Part shown: positions 29,110 to 40,375 of the stretch, in pieces
Layout of the letters: each line of letters opens with the position of its first letter
Position numbering within the stretch: the first letter of the stretch is position 1
DNA from: Betaproteobacteria bacterium
GTDB taxonomy: Bacteria > Pseudomonadota > Gammaproteobacteria > Burkholderiales > SG8-39
DNA length: 51,190 nt
Direction: 5' to 3'
Assembly (NCBI GenBank): GCA_016189945.1
Contig: JACPRN010000106.1
Span: 1 to 51,190 of the forward strand
Position numbers and translations under genes: made by a program
Notes under the pieces: generated by a model
Seen by the model: only the letters and a program-made list of their open reading frames with translations
The model's database searches: none
Told to the model about the DNA's origin: nothing

Positions 29110-30441
29110 ATGATCGATTGGCATTGGGCGCGCTTGCTGGCGGCGGCGCTGGCGTGTTTCGCGGGCGCCGCGCAGGCGAAGCTCGAGGTGGACCAGTGGC
29201 GCGCCGAATCCGGCGCTCGCGTTCTGTTCGTCGAGGGCCGCTCGATTCCCATGGTCGACATTTCCGTGGAGTTTCCCGCCGGCAGCGCCTACGACCCCCC
29301 CGGAAAATCCGGCCTCGCGCGACTTGCCAACGACCTGCTCAAGGCGGGATCGGCGCGCACCGGCGAAGCCGAGCTCGGCCGGCGCTTTGCCGACATCGGC
29401 GCAGAGATCGGGCACAGTTTCGACCGTGACCGCGCCGGCGCGAGCCTGCGCACGCTCTCCGCGGCGCGCGAGCTGAACGCCGCCGTGGCGGCGCTCGCCG
29501 AGATGCTCTCGGCACCTGCTTTTCCGCAGAGCGCGTTTGCGCGCGAGAAGGCGAGACTGACGGCACACGTCAGGGAAGCCGAAACGCGGCCCGACCAGCT
29601 CGCCGAGCGGCGCCTGTGGGCGCTGATGTACCGCGGCCACCCCTATGGCGCCTCGCCCACCAGCGAGTCGGTGGCGGCCATCGAGCGCGCCGACGTTGCG
29701 CGTTTCCACCGCGCGCATTACTGGGCCGAGGGCGCCGTGGTCACGATCGTGGGCGACCTGTCGCGCGCGCAAGCCGCGGCGCTTGCCGCCCGGATCACCG
29801 GGCCGCTCGTTTTCTCCGCCGAAGGATCGCGCGCGGGCGGGGAGGCGTCCGGGCGTCCGGGTCCGGTGGCCCCCGCGGGCGGTGGGGTGGTGGCGCTCCC
29901 CCACCCGGCCGGCCAGAGTCACCTGCTTCTCGGCTTGCCTGCGGTGGCGCGCGACGATCCCGATTACTTCCCGCTGTTCGTCGGCAACTATGTTCTCGGC
30001 GGGGGCGGGTTCGTCTCCAGGCTCTACAGCGAGGTGCGCGAAAAGCGCGGCTACGCCTACAACGTCTACAGCTATTTTCAGCCGCTGGAGCGGCCGGGCC
30101 CCTTCCTGCTCGGGCTGCAGACCAGGAAGGACCAGACCGAGGAGGCCCTCGCCGCCGCGCGCAGCGTGCTCGAGGAGTTCATCGCGCGCGGCCCCTCGGA
30201 GGCCGAACTCAAGGCGGCGAAGAACGGCCTGGGCAGCGGTTTCCCGTTGCGCATCGATTCCAACCGCAAGATCCTCGCCCAGTTGGCGATGGTCGGATTC
30301 TACGGACTGCCCGTCACCTGGATCGAGGATTTCGTCGCCAACGTGCGCCGGGTGACGCTCCCCGAGGTGAAGTCCGCCTTTGCCCGTCGCATCGACCTCT
30401 CGCGGCTCGCGACGGTAATCATCGGTGCGCCGGAAAAGTAG
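29110..30441 (+). CDS. M16-family peptidase-like protein (no HxxEH; probable non-catalytic partner)
   Basis: Signal peptide MIDWHWARLLAAALACFAGAAQA with an M16 fold (YVLGGGGFVSRLYSEVREKRGYAY) but no zinc motif. ATG at 29110 inside ORF 29017..30441. Confidence 0.8.
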   Translation: MIDWHWARLLAAALACFAGAAQAKLEVDQWRAESGARVLFVEGRSIPMVDISVEFPAGSAYDPPGKSGLARLANDLLKAGSARTGEAELGRRFADIGAEIGHSFDRDRAGASLRTLSAARELNAAVAALAEMLSAPAFPQSAFAREKARLTAHVREAETRPDQLAERRLWALMYRGHPYGASPTSESVAAIERADVARFHRAHYWAEGAVVTIVGDLSRAQAAALAARITGPLVFSAEGSRAGGEASGRPGPVAPAGGGVVALPHPAGQSHLLLGLPAVARDDPDYFPLFVGNYVLGGGGFVSRLYSEVREKRGYAYNVYSYFQPLERPGPFLLGLQTRKDQTEEALAAARSVLEEFIARGPSEAELKAAKNGLGSGFPLRIDSNRKILAQLAMVGFYGLPVTWIEDFVANVRRVTLPEVKSAFARRIDLSRLATVIIGAPEK

Positions 30442-30972
30442 CACGCTGAGAATCATCGGCGGGACCTGGCGCAGCCGCGTAATCCGATTCGCTGCCTCCG
30501 CGGATCTGCGGGCCACGCCCGATCGCGTGCGCGAGACGCTTTTCGACTGGCTCGGCCAGGACCTCTCGGGGCGGGCCTGCCTGGACCTTTTCGCCGGATC
30601 GGGCGCACTCGGATTCGAAGCGCTGTCGCGCGGTGCCTCGCGCGTCGTGATGGTCGAGAAAGATCGCGAAACCTGCCGCGTGCTCGAGGAAAACGCCGCG
30701 CGCCTGGGCGCGCGGGGTCTGACGATCCAGTGTGCCGATGCGATAGAATTCCTCGCCCGCGCATCGGAGCGCTTTGATGTCATTTTTCTCGACCCGCCGT
30801 ATCGCAGCGGCGTGGCGATCGAGCTCTGGGCCCGGCTGCCGGGATGCCTGGCCGAGGGCGGTCTGGTCTATGTGGAGAGCGGGACGCGGTTCGCCGCCGT
30901 CCACCCCTTTGCGCTGATCCGGGCGAGCCGCGCGGGCAATGTGCACTTTCATTTGATCGGACGGAGCGAGCA

Positions 30973-30976
<4 letters not shown>
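30425..30976 (+). CDS. rsmD: 16S rRNA (guanine(966)-N2)-methyltransferase RsmD
   Basis: [31 protein letters not shown]...[20 protein letters not shown]...FLDPPY. GTG start. Confidence 0.85.
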
Positions 30977-31739
<763 letters not shown>

Positions 31740-31745
31740 TCGCGC

Positions 31746-33002
31746 TCATGCCGGCTGGACAGGTTCTCGGCCGCCGAACGCGAGCGCGTTATCGATCTCG
31801 GAGCGCAGGCGCGCCAACGCGTCCAGTTGCTCGCGCAGGGTCCTTTCGATCGGCGCCAGCTCCCCGATGCGTTCCGCGAGCGTGTCAGTTGCCTGGCGGA
31901 TGCGCTTGATCGACTCCAGGCGCCGCCGGAGCTGCAACTGCCGCTCGTGCACCTGGGTTTCCATCGGGGCCATGATCGCGCGCAGCCAGTCGTCGACCTC
32001 CCGGTTGGCGTATTCGTAGCAGCGTTTCACCTGGCTGGCGTGCGCATCGAAGAATTTCTGCGCGAGCGCCTGCTTGTCGTTGGTGAGCATGGTCATGGGC
32101 GTGTCGAATTGGCTCGCGTAGCCTGCCTCGATGCGCTCGACCTCCTTCACGTAGCGCAGCGTCGAAAACGCAACCGGGGTACTGAGCTGCAAACCATGCT
32201 CGTCGCTGAACTTTCGGTACATCACGGCCATGAGCTCCGCGATCTCTGCAACCTCCAGCGCCGCGCGCTCGAGCTTGCCGCGCACTTCGCGGAAGTAGCG
32301 CGACATGGCCGAGCGCACCCCCGGGGTGAATGCCGCGCCCAGGATATCCGCGCGCGTGCGGCGCCATTCCTCGGCCAGGGCATCGAGGCCCAGATGCGTA
32401 TACAGGCGATCGGAATGCGCGGCGAAAACGCCGCGCAGCGCCTGAAAGCGCGCCAGTCCGCGCTCGAATTCTTCCCTGTCGGCGCGGACCTTTTGCGTCA
32501 TCGTGGCGACCAGGCCGCTGTTCTTGCCGCGCAAATACTCGAGTTCACGGAGCTGCTCGAGGATGGCGCGGCGCTCGCCCTCCAGGCGCGCGCGCAGGCC
32601 CGCGACCAGATCATCGAGCTCGGCGCGGGCGATTCCGGCCAGGGCGCTCCGCCGGCCCGTGGCGAGCTCGGCTGCCGCCGAACGCTCCGGGGGCGCCCGC
32701 CCGCTGCGCTCAAGCAGCCGCGTATCGCCAAGCGCGGAAGCGCCATTCGATTTCTCGGCTGCAAGAGCGGCCGCAGGCTGTTCCTCGCTCACCTGCGCGG
32801 CGAGCCGCGCGAGCCTGAGGCTCGCCTGCGCGTCGGCCAACCCGTTCCGGTGCAGCCACTCGCGGTAGCGCTCGATGCCTGCACCGAGCACGGTCCGCCA
32901 CAGGTCGTGGGCGCGCGCGGCCTCCGCAGCGCTCGCCGCCGTCATGCCGTTTCCCGGCGCGGGGGGATCATCGGCCGCGGAACAGGGAAGAGCGCGCATC
33001 AT
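31746..33002 (-). CDS. dynamin-family-like helical (stalk) protein lacking a G domain
   Basis: 418 aa from the ATG at 33002, which overlaps the mutM stop (caATGAtg). Long helical C-terminal region resembles, from memory, the C-terminal half of ~650-aa proteobacterial dynamin-family proteins. The P-loop position reads AAEKSNGAS (no GKS) and most of the GTPase domain is absent. Confidence 0.5.
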   Translation of the reverse strand: MMRALPCSAADDPPAPGNGMTAASAAEAARAHDLWRTVLGAGIERYREWLHRNGLADAQASLRLARLAAQVSEEQPAAALAAEKSNGASALGDTRLLERSGRAPPERSAAAELATGRRSALAGIARAELDDLVAGLRARLEGERRAILEQLRELEYLRGKNSGLVATMTQKVRADREEFERGLARFQALRGVFAAHSDRLYTHLGLDALAEEWRRTRADILGAAFTPGVRSAMSRYFREVRGKLERAALEVAEIAELMAVMYRKFSDEHGLQLSTPVAFSTLRYVKEVERIEAGYASQFDTPMTMLTNDKQALAQKFFDAHASQVKRCYEYANREVDDWLRAIMAPMETQVHERQLQLRRRLESIKRIRQATDTLAERIGELAPIERTLREQLDALARLRSEIDNALAFGGREPVQPA

Positions 33003-33811
33003 TGCTGGCAGCTCGGGCAATAGAACGATGAGCGCTGTCCCAGGCGCAGGGCGCGAATCGGCGTGCCGCAGACCCGGCACGCCGCGCCGGCGCGCCCGTA
33101 GACGCAGTAGGCCTGCTGGAACCAGCCCGCGCTGCCGTCGCTGTGCACGAAATCGCGCAGCGTCGAGCCGCCTGCGGCGAGCGCCGCTTCCAGAGTCTCG
33201 CGCAGGGCGTGCGCCAGCCGCCCGCACTGCGCGCGCGACAGGCGCCCCGCGCGCGTGCGCGGAGAGATGCGGGCCCGAAACAGCGATTCATTGGCGTAGA
33301 TATTGCCCACGCCCACGACAATGGCGCCGTTCATCAAGAGCGGTTTGATCTGCGCCCGACGCTTGCGCGTGCTGCGGAACAGGTACTCGGTCGTGAATTC
33401 GGGTGACAGCGGCTCGACGCCAAGACCGGTGATCAGCGGGTGTTCGCCGGGGTCCTTCGCGGTCCACAGCACGGCCCCGAATCGGCGCGGATCGCGCAGC
33501 CTGAGGACGGCCCCGCCGATCCCGATATCGATGTGCTCGTGCGGTCCCGGGTCGAGCGCAGGCGGAACAATGCGCAGGCTGCCGGACATGCCTAGATGCA
33601 CGATCAGCCAGCCCTTGCCGCAGTCAAACAGCAGATATTTGCCGCGGCGCAGGAGACGGCGCACGCGCAGCCCCTCCAGCTTGCGCGGAAGTTCGCGCGG
33701 CACCGGCCAGCGCAGCCGCGGCTCGCGCACCACGACGCCGGTGATGGTCTTGTCTTCGACAAACGGTGCGATGCCGCGACGGGTGATCTCGACTTCGGGG
33801 AGTTCGGGCAT
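32999..33811 (-). CDS. mutM: formamidopyrimidine-DNA glycosylase (Fpg/MutM)
   Basis: [14 protein letters not shown] (catalytic N-terminal PELPEVE), KYLLF, and a C-terminal zinc finger CRVCGTPI...YCPSCQQ. ATG at 33811 inside ORF 32999..33907. Confidence 0.95.
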   Translation of the reverse strand: MPELPEVEITRRGIAPFVEDKTITGVVVREPRLRWPVPRELPRKLEGLRVRRLLRRGKYLLFDCGKGWLIVHLGMSGSLRIVPPALDPGPHEHIDIGIGGAVLRLRDPRRFGAVLWTAKDPGEHPLITGLGVEPLSPEFTTEYLFRSTRKRRAQIKPLLMNGAIVVGVGNIYANESLFRARISPRTRAGRLSRAQCGRLAHALRETLEAALAAGGSTLRDFVHSDGSAGWFQQAYCVYGRAGAACRVCGTPIRALRLGQRSSFYCPSCQQ

Positions 33812-34033
33812 GTCAGGGTGAAGGACGAAACGGGCCGCCTCACGCGGAATGAGGTTTCCCCCAATAATTGAGCGAGTTATTGCGCTTGTCGGGCTTGGCA
33901 AATGCACCTAAACTGCGACACTCGTCGAAGCAATACGGTTGCCAAAGTGCCACGCCCAGCCAACGCCAACGCGATGCGGAAATATACAGGAGTGCGGCGC
34001 GCCCCTGTTCGTAATTTCATTTGACCTAGTCCC

Positions 34034-35845
34034 ATGGATCGCTTTTTCTCGCCGCCGCTGCAGTTCGCCTGGATGCCGATCGCGTGCGGGGTCGCGCTGA
34101 CGTGGCTTGCCGGTTGCGCGCAGCAGCCGCCAAAGCCTGAGGCGCCGGTGCAGCCCAGGGAGGCGGGGCCGGCGGCTCCGGCCCGTCCGTCTCCTCGGGC
34201 ACTGCCGCTTGGGCATCCGCCCGCGGCGCCTGCCGCCGCGTCCGAGGCGCACCTGCCCAAGCAGGATCTTACCGAGACGGTTCTGTACGAGTTTCTGCTC
34301 GCCGAGATCGCGGGGCAACGCGGCAACATCGGGCTTTCGGCGCAGGCCTACGCCGATCTCGCCAAGCGCACGCGCGATCCGCGCATCGCCCGGCGCGCAA
34401 CCGAAATCGCGGTCTATGCGCGGATGGGCAACGCCGCGATCGAATCGGCGCGCATCTGGCACGAAACCGACCCGAAATCGCAGCGTGCTCTGCAGTCGCT
34501 CGTCGGTCTGCTTATCAATGCGGGCCGTTTCGACGAGGCGCAGCCTTACCTGCAGGAGTTGCTCGCGAGCGCCGGCGACCCGGCCGAGGCTTTCATGCAG
34601 CTCAATCGCACCCTCGGGGCCGCAGCCGACAAATCGGCCGCGCTCGCGCTCGTGCAGCGGCTTGCCGAGGCCCATCCGCAACTGCCGCAGGCGCGCTACG
34701 CCGTGGCGCAAGCGGCCGCAAACGCCGCCGACGACGAGCTTGCGCTCGCCGAGATCCGGCGCGCGCAGGCGCTCAAGCCCGACTGGGAAGCGGCGGTTTT
34801 GCTCGAAGCCCAGCTCCTGCAGCGCAGGTCCAATGCGGAGGCGCTCGGGCGCCTGGCCGAGCACCTGGAGCGCCATCCGAAATCGCGCGACGTGCGCCTC
34901 AACTACGCGCGCGTGCTGGTCGCCGAGAAGCGATTTTCCGAGGCGCGCGTCGAGTTCCAGAAGCTCATCTCGGATCACCCGGCCAATACCGACGTGATCT
35001 TCGCCGTGGCGCTGCTCTCGATGCAGCTCAATGATCACGCTCTGGCCGAGGCGAACCTCAGGCGTTTGCTCGAACTCGATTACCGCGACAAGGCGAGCAT
35101 ACGCATGTATCTCGGCCAGATCGCCGAAGAGCAGAAGAGCCTGACCGAGGCGCTGCGCTGGTACGGCGAGGTGCGCGGGGGTGAGCAGTTCTTCGCCGCG
35201 CAAGTCCGTTACGCGCACGTGCTGGCGAAGCTGGGCAGGCTCGGCGATGCGCGAGGGCATCTGCAGCAGGTCCGCGCCTCGAACGAGCAGCAGCGCGCGC
35301 AGCTCGTGCTTGCTGAGGCGCAGATGCTGCGCGAGGCGAGCCAGGCCAAGGAAGCTTTTGATCTGGTGGCAAAGGCGCTCGGCGAATTGCCGGACAACCC
35401 GGAGCTCCTGTATGACTACGCCATGCTGGCCGACAAGGTCGACCGCGTGGACCTTCTTGAAACCAGCCTGAAGAAGCTGATCAAGCTCCAGCCCGACAAC
35501 GCCCACGCGTACAACGCGCTGGGCTACTCGCTCGCGGACCGGAACCTGCGCCTGGAGGAAGCGCGCGAACTGATCGAAACGGCGCTAAAGCTCGCCCCTG
35601 AAGACGCCTTCATCATCGACAGCATGGGCTGGGTGCACTACCGCTTGGGCAAGCGGGAGGAGGCGCTCAAGTTCCTGCGCCGCGCCTTTGCGGGAAGGCC
35701 CGATCCGGAGATCGCGGCGCACTTGAGTGAAGTGCTGTGGATGACCGGCGAGCGCCTGGAGGCGGAAAGGTTGCTCCAGGAATCGATACAGAAACACCCT
35801 GGAAACGAGGTCCTCAACAGCACGCTCAAGCGGCTGAAGCCATAG
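34034..35845 (+). CDS. TPR-repeat lipoprotein
   Basis: 603 aa with a lipobox (LTWLAGC) and many TPR-like repeats. Conserved position upstream of lolB. Confidence 0.7.
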   Translation: MDRFFSPPLQFAWMPIACGVALTWLAGCAQQPPKPEAPVQPREAGPAAPARPSPRALPLGHPPAAPAAASEAHLPKQDLTETVLYEFLLAEIAGQRGNIGLSAQAYADLAKRTRDPRIARRATEIAVYARMGNAAIESARIWHETDPKSQRALQSLVGLLINAGRFDEAQPYLQELLASAGDPAEAFMQLNRTLGAAADKSAALALVQRLAEAHPQLPQARYAVAQAAANAADDELALAEIRRAQALKPDWEAAVLLEAQLLQRRSNAEALGRLAEHLERHPKSRDVRLNYARVLVAEKRFSEARVEFQKLISDHPANTDVIFAVALLSMQLNDHALAEANLRRLLELDYRDKASIRMYLGQIAEEQKSLTEALRWYGEVRGGEQFFAAQVRYAHVLAKLGRLGDARGHLQQVRASNEQQRAQLVLAEAQMLREASQAKEAFDLVAKALGELPDNPELLYDYAMLADKVDRVDLLETSLKKLIKLQPDNAHAYNALGYSLADRNLRLEEARELIETALKLAPEDAFIIDSMGWVHYRLGKREEALKFLRRAFAGRPDPEIAAHLSEVLWMTGERLEAERLLQESIQKHPGNEVLNSTLKRLKP

Positions 35846-35851
35846 GGGATC

Positions 35852-36409
35852 ATGACGCCCGCGTATCGGTTAGCGCGATCCCTGGTTCTGCTCGCGGCCG
35901 TTGCGGGCTGTACCGCGCTTCCCACAGTCCGGGAGGCGGACTTCGACCGGCCGCTGTTCGAGCTTGCCGGCCGCGTCGCGGTTCAGTACGGCGCCGAAGG
36001 CGCGAGCGCTCGCCTGACGTGGCGCCATGGCGCCGCGAGCGACGACTTGCTCATCAGCTCGCCGCTCGGCCAGGGCATCGCGCGGCTCACGCGCCGCGGG
36101 GGCGAAGTGCAGCTTGTCACCAGCGACGCAACGACTCACCGCGCCGCCGACGCGGAGTCGCTGACCGAGCAGGTGCTCGGATGGCGCCTGCCGCTCGCGG
36201 GCCTGCCCGATTGGGTCCAGGGACGGCCCGATCCGGCGCGGCCGGCCGAGCTGGCGCGCGATGCGAGCGGTCGTGCGACCGAGCTCAGGCAAGACCGCTG
36301 GCGCATCGAATACCAGGAATACGAGGGCGAAAGGCCATCGAGGTTGCGCTTGACGCGCGATGACTTGGAGATCCGCTTGGTCGTAGACCAGTGGATGGTG
36401 ACGCCATGA
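35852..36409 (+). CDS. lolB: outer-membrane lipoprotein LolB
   Basis: 185 aa with a lipobox (LLAAVAGC). Size and position (TPR-lolB-ispE) fit LolB. Confidence 0.75.
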   Translation: MTPAYRLARSLVLLAAVAGCTALPTVREADFDRPLFELAGRVAVQYGAEGASARLTWRHGAASDDLLISSPLGQGIARLTRRGGEVQLVTSDATTHRAADAESLTEQVLGWRLPLAGLPDWVQGRPDPARPAELARDASGRATELRQDRWRIEYQEYEGERPSRLRLTRDDLEIRLVVDQWMVTP

Positions 36410-37266
36410 GCAGCCCCGTGAGCGGATGGGATCGCCTGTGGCCGGCGCCTGCCAAGCTCAACCTGTTCCTGCACGTCGTGGGGCGGCGCGACGACGGCTA
36501 TCACCTGCTGCAAAGCGTCTTTCGCCTCATCGACTGCTGCGACCAGCTTCGTTTCGCGCCGCTCGCGGCGCCGAGGGTGAGGCTCGCCAAGCCGCTCCCG
36601 GGCGTCGAGGAAGACAACGAGCTTTGCCTGCGGGCGGCGCACCTGCTGCAGGAGCAGACCGGATGCCGAAAGGGAGTCGCAATCCGGATCGACAAGAACA
36701 TTCCGATCGGCGGGGGGCTTGGCGGCGGCAGCTCCGATGCGGCGACCACGCTCCTGGCGCTCAACGCCCTGTGGCGCCTCGGCCTGGATCGGTTGCGGCT
36801 GACCGCGCTCGGACTGAAGCTTGGCGCCGACGTCCCCTTTTTCATTTTCGGACAGAACGCTTTTGCCGAAGGGATCGGCGAGCGGCTCTCTCCGATCGCG
36901 CTCCCCGCCGCGTGGTATCTGGTTCTGGTGCCGCCGGCAGCGGTGTCCACGCGCGAGATTTTTGCCGCACCAGAATTGACACAAAATACGAAAACTATCA
37001 CAATATCAAGCTTTTCTGCAGGGTTTGGGCACAACGATCTTGAGTCCGCGGTATGCCGGCGCCACCCCGTGGTCGCGCAGTACCTGGACTGGCTCAGGAC
37101 TCACGGCGAGGCGCGGATGAGCGGATCGGGTGCCTGTGTATTTGCCGAATTTTCCACCGAGGCGCAGGCGCGCGCGGTGGCTTCCAGGCTGCCCCCGGGC
37201 ATGCGCGGATTCGTCGCGCGTGGGCTGGACAGCCATCCCTTGAAGGGAGGCCTGGACGCAGGTTAG
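36406..37266 (+). CDS. ispE: 4-diphosphocytidyl-2-C-methyl-D-erythritol kinase
   Basis: WPAPAKLNLFLHVVGRRDDGYHLLQSVF and GHMP kinase motif IPIGGGLGGGSSDAATTL. ATG 36406 overlaps the lolB stop (ATGA). Confidence 0.95.
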   Translation: MSSPVSGWDRLWPAPAKLNLFLHVVGRRDDGYHLLQSVFRLIDCCDQLRFAPLAAPRVRLAKPLPGVEEDNELCLRAAHLLQEQTGCRKGVAIRIDKNIPIGGGLGGGSSDAATTLLALNALWRLGLDRLRLTALGLKLGADVPFFIFGQNAFAEGIGERLSPIALPAAWYLVLVPPAAVSTREIFAAPELTQNTKTITISSFSAGFGHNDLESAVCRRHPVVAQYLDWLRTHGEARMSGSGACVFAEFSTEAQARAVASRLPPGMRGFVARGLDSHPLKGGLDAG

Positions 37267-37269
37267 CGC

Positions 37270-37346
37270 TTGGGGAATCGCCAAGCTGGTTAAGGCATCG
37301 GATTTTGATTCCGACATGCGTAGGTTCGAATCCTACTTCCCCAGCC
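37270..37346 (+). tRNA. tRNA-Gln (anticodon UUG), CCA encoded
   Basis: Hand-folded cloverleaf: acceptor TGGGGAA/TTCCCCA, anticodon stem TCGGA/TCCGA with loop TTTTGAT (anticodon TTG), T arm GTAGG-TTCGAAT-CCTAC, 3' GCCA. Confidence 0.9.
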
Positions 37347-37543
37347 AGGAACCGGCCGCGACAGCGGTCATTTGACATGCTGGGGGGCGATGCCCCATGA
37401 GAATCCCCCGGGGAGCGCACCCGCGCGGGGTGACGCCGGGTTCGGCGGGGCGACCCCCCGCGAGCATCCGCGGGTGATGCGCGCCAGGGCGCGAGGGGTC
37501 GACGGTGGGCGGAGCAGCGGGGTTCTTGAGCGGGGTTGAAACG

Positions 37544-38494
37544 ATGGCCTATGAAAGCCTGATGGTGTTCACCGGCAACGCCAATCCGCTGCTTGCACAT
37601 GCGGTGGCGCGGCGGCTGAACATCCCCATCGGGCATTCGACGGTATCGAAGTTCTCCGACGGCGAAATCATGGTCGAACTATTGGAGAACGTGCGCGGGA
37701 AGGACTGCTTCGTGCTGCAGTCCACGAGTGCCCCCGCGAACGACAATTTGATGGAAGTGCTGCTCATGGTCGATGCGCTGAAGCGGGCTTCCGCTGCGCG
37801 CGTTACGGCGGCGATACCGTATTTTGGCTATGCGCGCCAGGACCGCCGGCCGCGCTCGGCGCGGGTGGCGATCTCGGCCAAGGTGGTGGCGAACATGCTG
37901 CAGGCGGTGGGCGTCGACCGGGTGCTGACGATGGACCTGCACGCCGACCAGATTCAGGGGTTTTTCGACGTTCCGGTGGACAACATTTACGCCACGCCGA
38001 TCTTGCTCGGCGATGTGTGGAAGCGCCAGTACGAGAACCTGATGGTGGTCTCGCCCGACGTGGGCGGCGTGGTGCGCGCGCGCGCCCTGGCGAAGCGCCT
38101 GGAATCGGATCTGGCCATCATCGACAAGCGCAGGCCGAAAGCGAACGTGTCCGAGGTGATGAATGTCATCGGCGAGGTGGACGGGCGCACCTGCGTGATC
38201 ATGGACGACATCGTCGACACCGCCGGGACGCTCGTAAAAGCGGCGCAGGTGCTCAAGGAGCAGGGCGCGGCGCGCGTGGCCGCCTACTGCACCCATCCGG
38301 TGCTCTCGGGAAGCGCGGTGGCCCGAATCGAGGAATCGGAGCTCGACGAGGTCGTCGTGACCGACAGCATCGCATTGGCGAAGGACGCGCAAGCGTGCAA
38401 AAAGATCCGGGTGCTGTCGGTGGCGGGATTGCTGGCCGAGACGATTCTGCGGATCAGCAACGAGGACTCGGTCAGCTCGCTTTTCATCGAATGA
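37544..38494 (+). CDS. prs: ribose-phosphate pyrophosphokinase
   Basis: [30 protein letters not shown], and PRPP loop [14 protein letters not shown] at 37544 inside ORF 37505..38494. Confidence 0.95.
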   Translation: MAYESLMVFTGNANPLLAHAVARRLNIPIGHSTVSKFSDGEIMVELLENVRGKDCFVLQSTSAPANDNLMEVLLMVDALKRASAARVTAAIPYFGYARQDRRPRSARVAISAKVVANMLQAVGVDRVLTMDLHADQIQGFFDVPVDNIYATPILLGDVWKRQYENLMVVSPDVGGVVRARALAKRLESDLAIIDKRRPKANVSEVMNVIGEVDGRTCVIMDDIVDTAGTLVKAAQVLKEQGAARVAAYCTHPVLSGSAVARIEESELDEVVVTDSIALAKDAQACKKIRVLSVAGLLAETILRISNEDSVSSLFIE

Positions 38495-38543
38495 TTTTTT
38501 TGGCGGCGCCTGGTCGCGGGCGGCGCAGACTTGAGGAGTCATT

Positions 38544-39287
38544 ATGGCAATCGAAATCGTCGCACAGACCCGCAAGGCTCAAGGGACGGGTGCGAGCCGC
38601 CGGCTGCGTCTTGCAGGCAAGGTTCCCGGGATCGTCTACGGCGGGAGCGAATCCGCGGCCACCATCGAGCTCGAACACAATGCGCTGTATCACGCGCTGC
38701 GCGACGAGAAATTCCACGCGTCGATCCTGACGCTGAAGCTCGACGGCAGGGTCGAGCAGGTGCTGCTGCGCTCGGTCAACATGCATCCCTGGAAGTCGCA
38801 GGTGCAGCACGTCGATTTTCAGCGGGTGTCGGCGAGCGAGAAGATCCACATGAAGGTCCCGCTGCACTTCATCAACGCCGAAATCTCCCCGGCAGTGAAA
38901 GTCGCGGGCGGAATCGTCAGCCATATCATGAACGAGATCGACATCCGCTGCCTGCCCGCGGACCTGCCCGAATTCATCGAGGTCGACCTCGCGGAGATCA
39001 CCATCGGGCACTCGATCCACGTGCGCGATCTCAAGCTGCCCAAGGGCGTCGAGGTGCCGCTGAGGGCTGGTGAGAACCCCTCGGTTGCAACCGCGCAGAT
39101 CCCGCGCGCTGCGATTGCCGAGGAGGAAGAGGCGGCCGCCGCCGCCGCTGCGGCAGCGGGCGAAGCTGCTGCGGCTCCCGGTGCCGAGGCGGCACCGGCC
39201 GCAGGGGAAGTGCCCGCGGTCAAGCAGCCGGCCAAGCCCGAGGCTCCTGCAGAAGAGAAGAAGGGCGGAAGAGGCGAGAAGAAGTAA
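38544..39287 (+). CDS. rplY: 50S ribosomal protein L25 / general stress protein Ctc, with long Ala/Glu-rich tail
   Basis: [25 protein letters not shown] ... VQHVDFQRV. The C-terminal ~60 residues are low complexity ([30 protein letters not shown]). Confidence 0.9.
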   Translation: MAIEIVAQTRKAQGTGASRRLRLAGKVPGIVYGGSESAATIELEHNALYHALRDEKFHASILTLKLDGRVEQVLLRSVNMHPWKSQVQHVDFQRVSASEKIHMKVPLHFINAEISPAVKVAGGIVSHIMNEIDIRCLPADLPEFIEVDLAEITIGHSIHVRDLKLPKGVEVPLRAGENPSVATAQIPRAAIAEEEEAAAAAAAAAGEAAAAPGAEAAPAAGEVPAVKQPAKPEAPAEEKKGGRGEKK

Positions 39288-39311
39288 GGCGCTTGCCACA
39301 TTCCCCTACCG

Positions 39312-39340
39312 GGGCGCGGCTGGGGTCCGCGCCCTTTTTT
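39312..39340 (+). terminator. rho-independent terminator after rplY
   Basis: GGGCGCGG-CTGGGGT-CCGCGCCC followed by TTTTTT. Confidence 0.75.
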
Positions 39341-39354
39341 CATCGATTTTCGCT

Positions 39355-39930
39355 ATGGCAATCCGGCTCATCGCGGGGCTAGGCAATCCAGGCAAGAGGT
39401 ACGAACGGGACCGGCACAATGTCGGCTTTCAGTTCGTCTCGCGCCTGGCCGAGCGCCATCGCGTCTCGCTCAGAGTAGAGGCGCGGTACCGCGGTTTGAT
39501 GGGCAGGCTCGCGATGGCCGCCGGGGACATCTGGCTGGTCATGCCACAGACCTACATGAATGCGTCGGGCGAGTGTGTGGGCGCCCTGGCGCGTTTTTAC
39601 AAGATTGCGCCCGAGCAATGCCTGGTCGTGCACGATGAACTCGATTTCGCGCCGGGCGTCGCCAAGCTCAAGGAGGGCGGCGGCGTGGCCGGACACAACG
39701 GCCTGAAGGATATCGCCGAGCACTTTGGCACGCAGCATTTTTGGCGGCTCAGGATCGGGATCGGACATCCCGGCGACAAAGATGTCGTTGCGGATTATGT
39801 TCTGTCGAAGCCTGCGCCCGAGGAGCGCGAGCTGATCGAACAGGCGCTCGCAAGGTCGCTGGACGCGTCGCCGCTCGTTCTCGCGGGCGACATGCACGCA
39901 GCAATGCTCAAGCTGCATACCAAGGCGTGA
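39355..39930 (+). CDS. pth: peptidyl-tRNA hydrolase
   Basis: [25 protein letters not shown] ... [29 protein letters not shown] at 39355 inside ORF 39070..39930. Confidence 0.95.
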   Translation: MAIRLIAGLGNPGKRYERDRHNVGFQFVSRLAERHRVSLRVEARYRGLMGRLAMAAGDIWLVMPQTYMNASGECVGALARFYKIAPEQCLVVHDELDFAPGVAKLKEGGGVAGHNGLKDIAEHFGTQHFWRLRIGIGHPGDKDVVADYVLSKPAPEERELIEQALARSLDASPLVLAGDMHAAMLKLHTKA

Positions 39931-39937
39931 GGGGCGC

Positions 39938-40375
39938 ATGTCGTTGAAATGCGGCATCGTCGGACTGCCCAACGTGGGCAAGTCGACGCTCTTCAACGCT
40001 CTCACCAAGGCGGGCATCGCGGCGGAGAACTATCCGTTCTGCACCATCGAGCCCAATGTGGGAATCGTCGAGGTGCCCGATTCGCGCCTGGCGGCGATCG
40101 CCGGTATCGCCAGGCCGCAGAAGGTGATCGCCGCCGCGGTCGAATTCGTCGATATCGCGGGCCTGGTGGCCGGGGCGTCCAAGGGCGAGGGACTGGGCAA
40201 CCAGTTTCTCGCCAACACCTTGGGCTACCATGGGATTTGCAGACCGCATAAACGGCCACTGGCTCAACCGTCGGATGCGGCAAACCGCATGTCCGGTGGT
40301 GTGGGAGGGCTGACGGGCGTAATCCCGTTAGCTCGACCCGATCAGGCGCGATCGCATGAACTCGCCAGTCATTGA
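39938..40375 (+). pseudogene. ychF: ychF 5' fragment (first 93 codons only), frame continues into unrelated sequence
   Basis: [26 protein letters not shown]...[24 protein letters not shown] is near-canonical YchF up to about nt 40216. After that it loses all similarity ([17 protein letters not shown]...) and stops at 40375. The ~270 C-terminal codons are missing. Confidence 0.8.

Noticed and set aside
33003-33227. Upstream extension of the dynamin-like ORF to 33227 (493 aa).
   Set aside because: The extension overlaps the 3' end of mutM and is Arg-rich shadow sequence. The ATG at 33002, forming an ATGA overlap with the mutM stop, is the sensible start.
37347-37543. Integrated element at the tRNA-Gln 3' end.
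   Set aside because: There is no integrase, no duplicated tRNA 3' segment and only 197 bp before prs. Only the G-rich motif array, reported separately, is noteworthy.
40292-40335. GGGAGGGCTGACGGGCGTAATCCCGTTAGCTCG looked faintly like a Tn3-family terminal inverted repeat (GGGG..CTGACG...CGTTAAG).
   Set aside because: It is too short compared with the 38-bp IR, similarity is patchy, there is no matching repeat at the other end of the cassette, and no transposase or resolvase is present.
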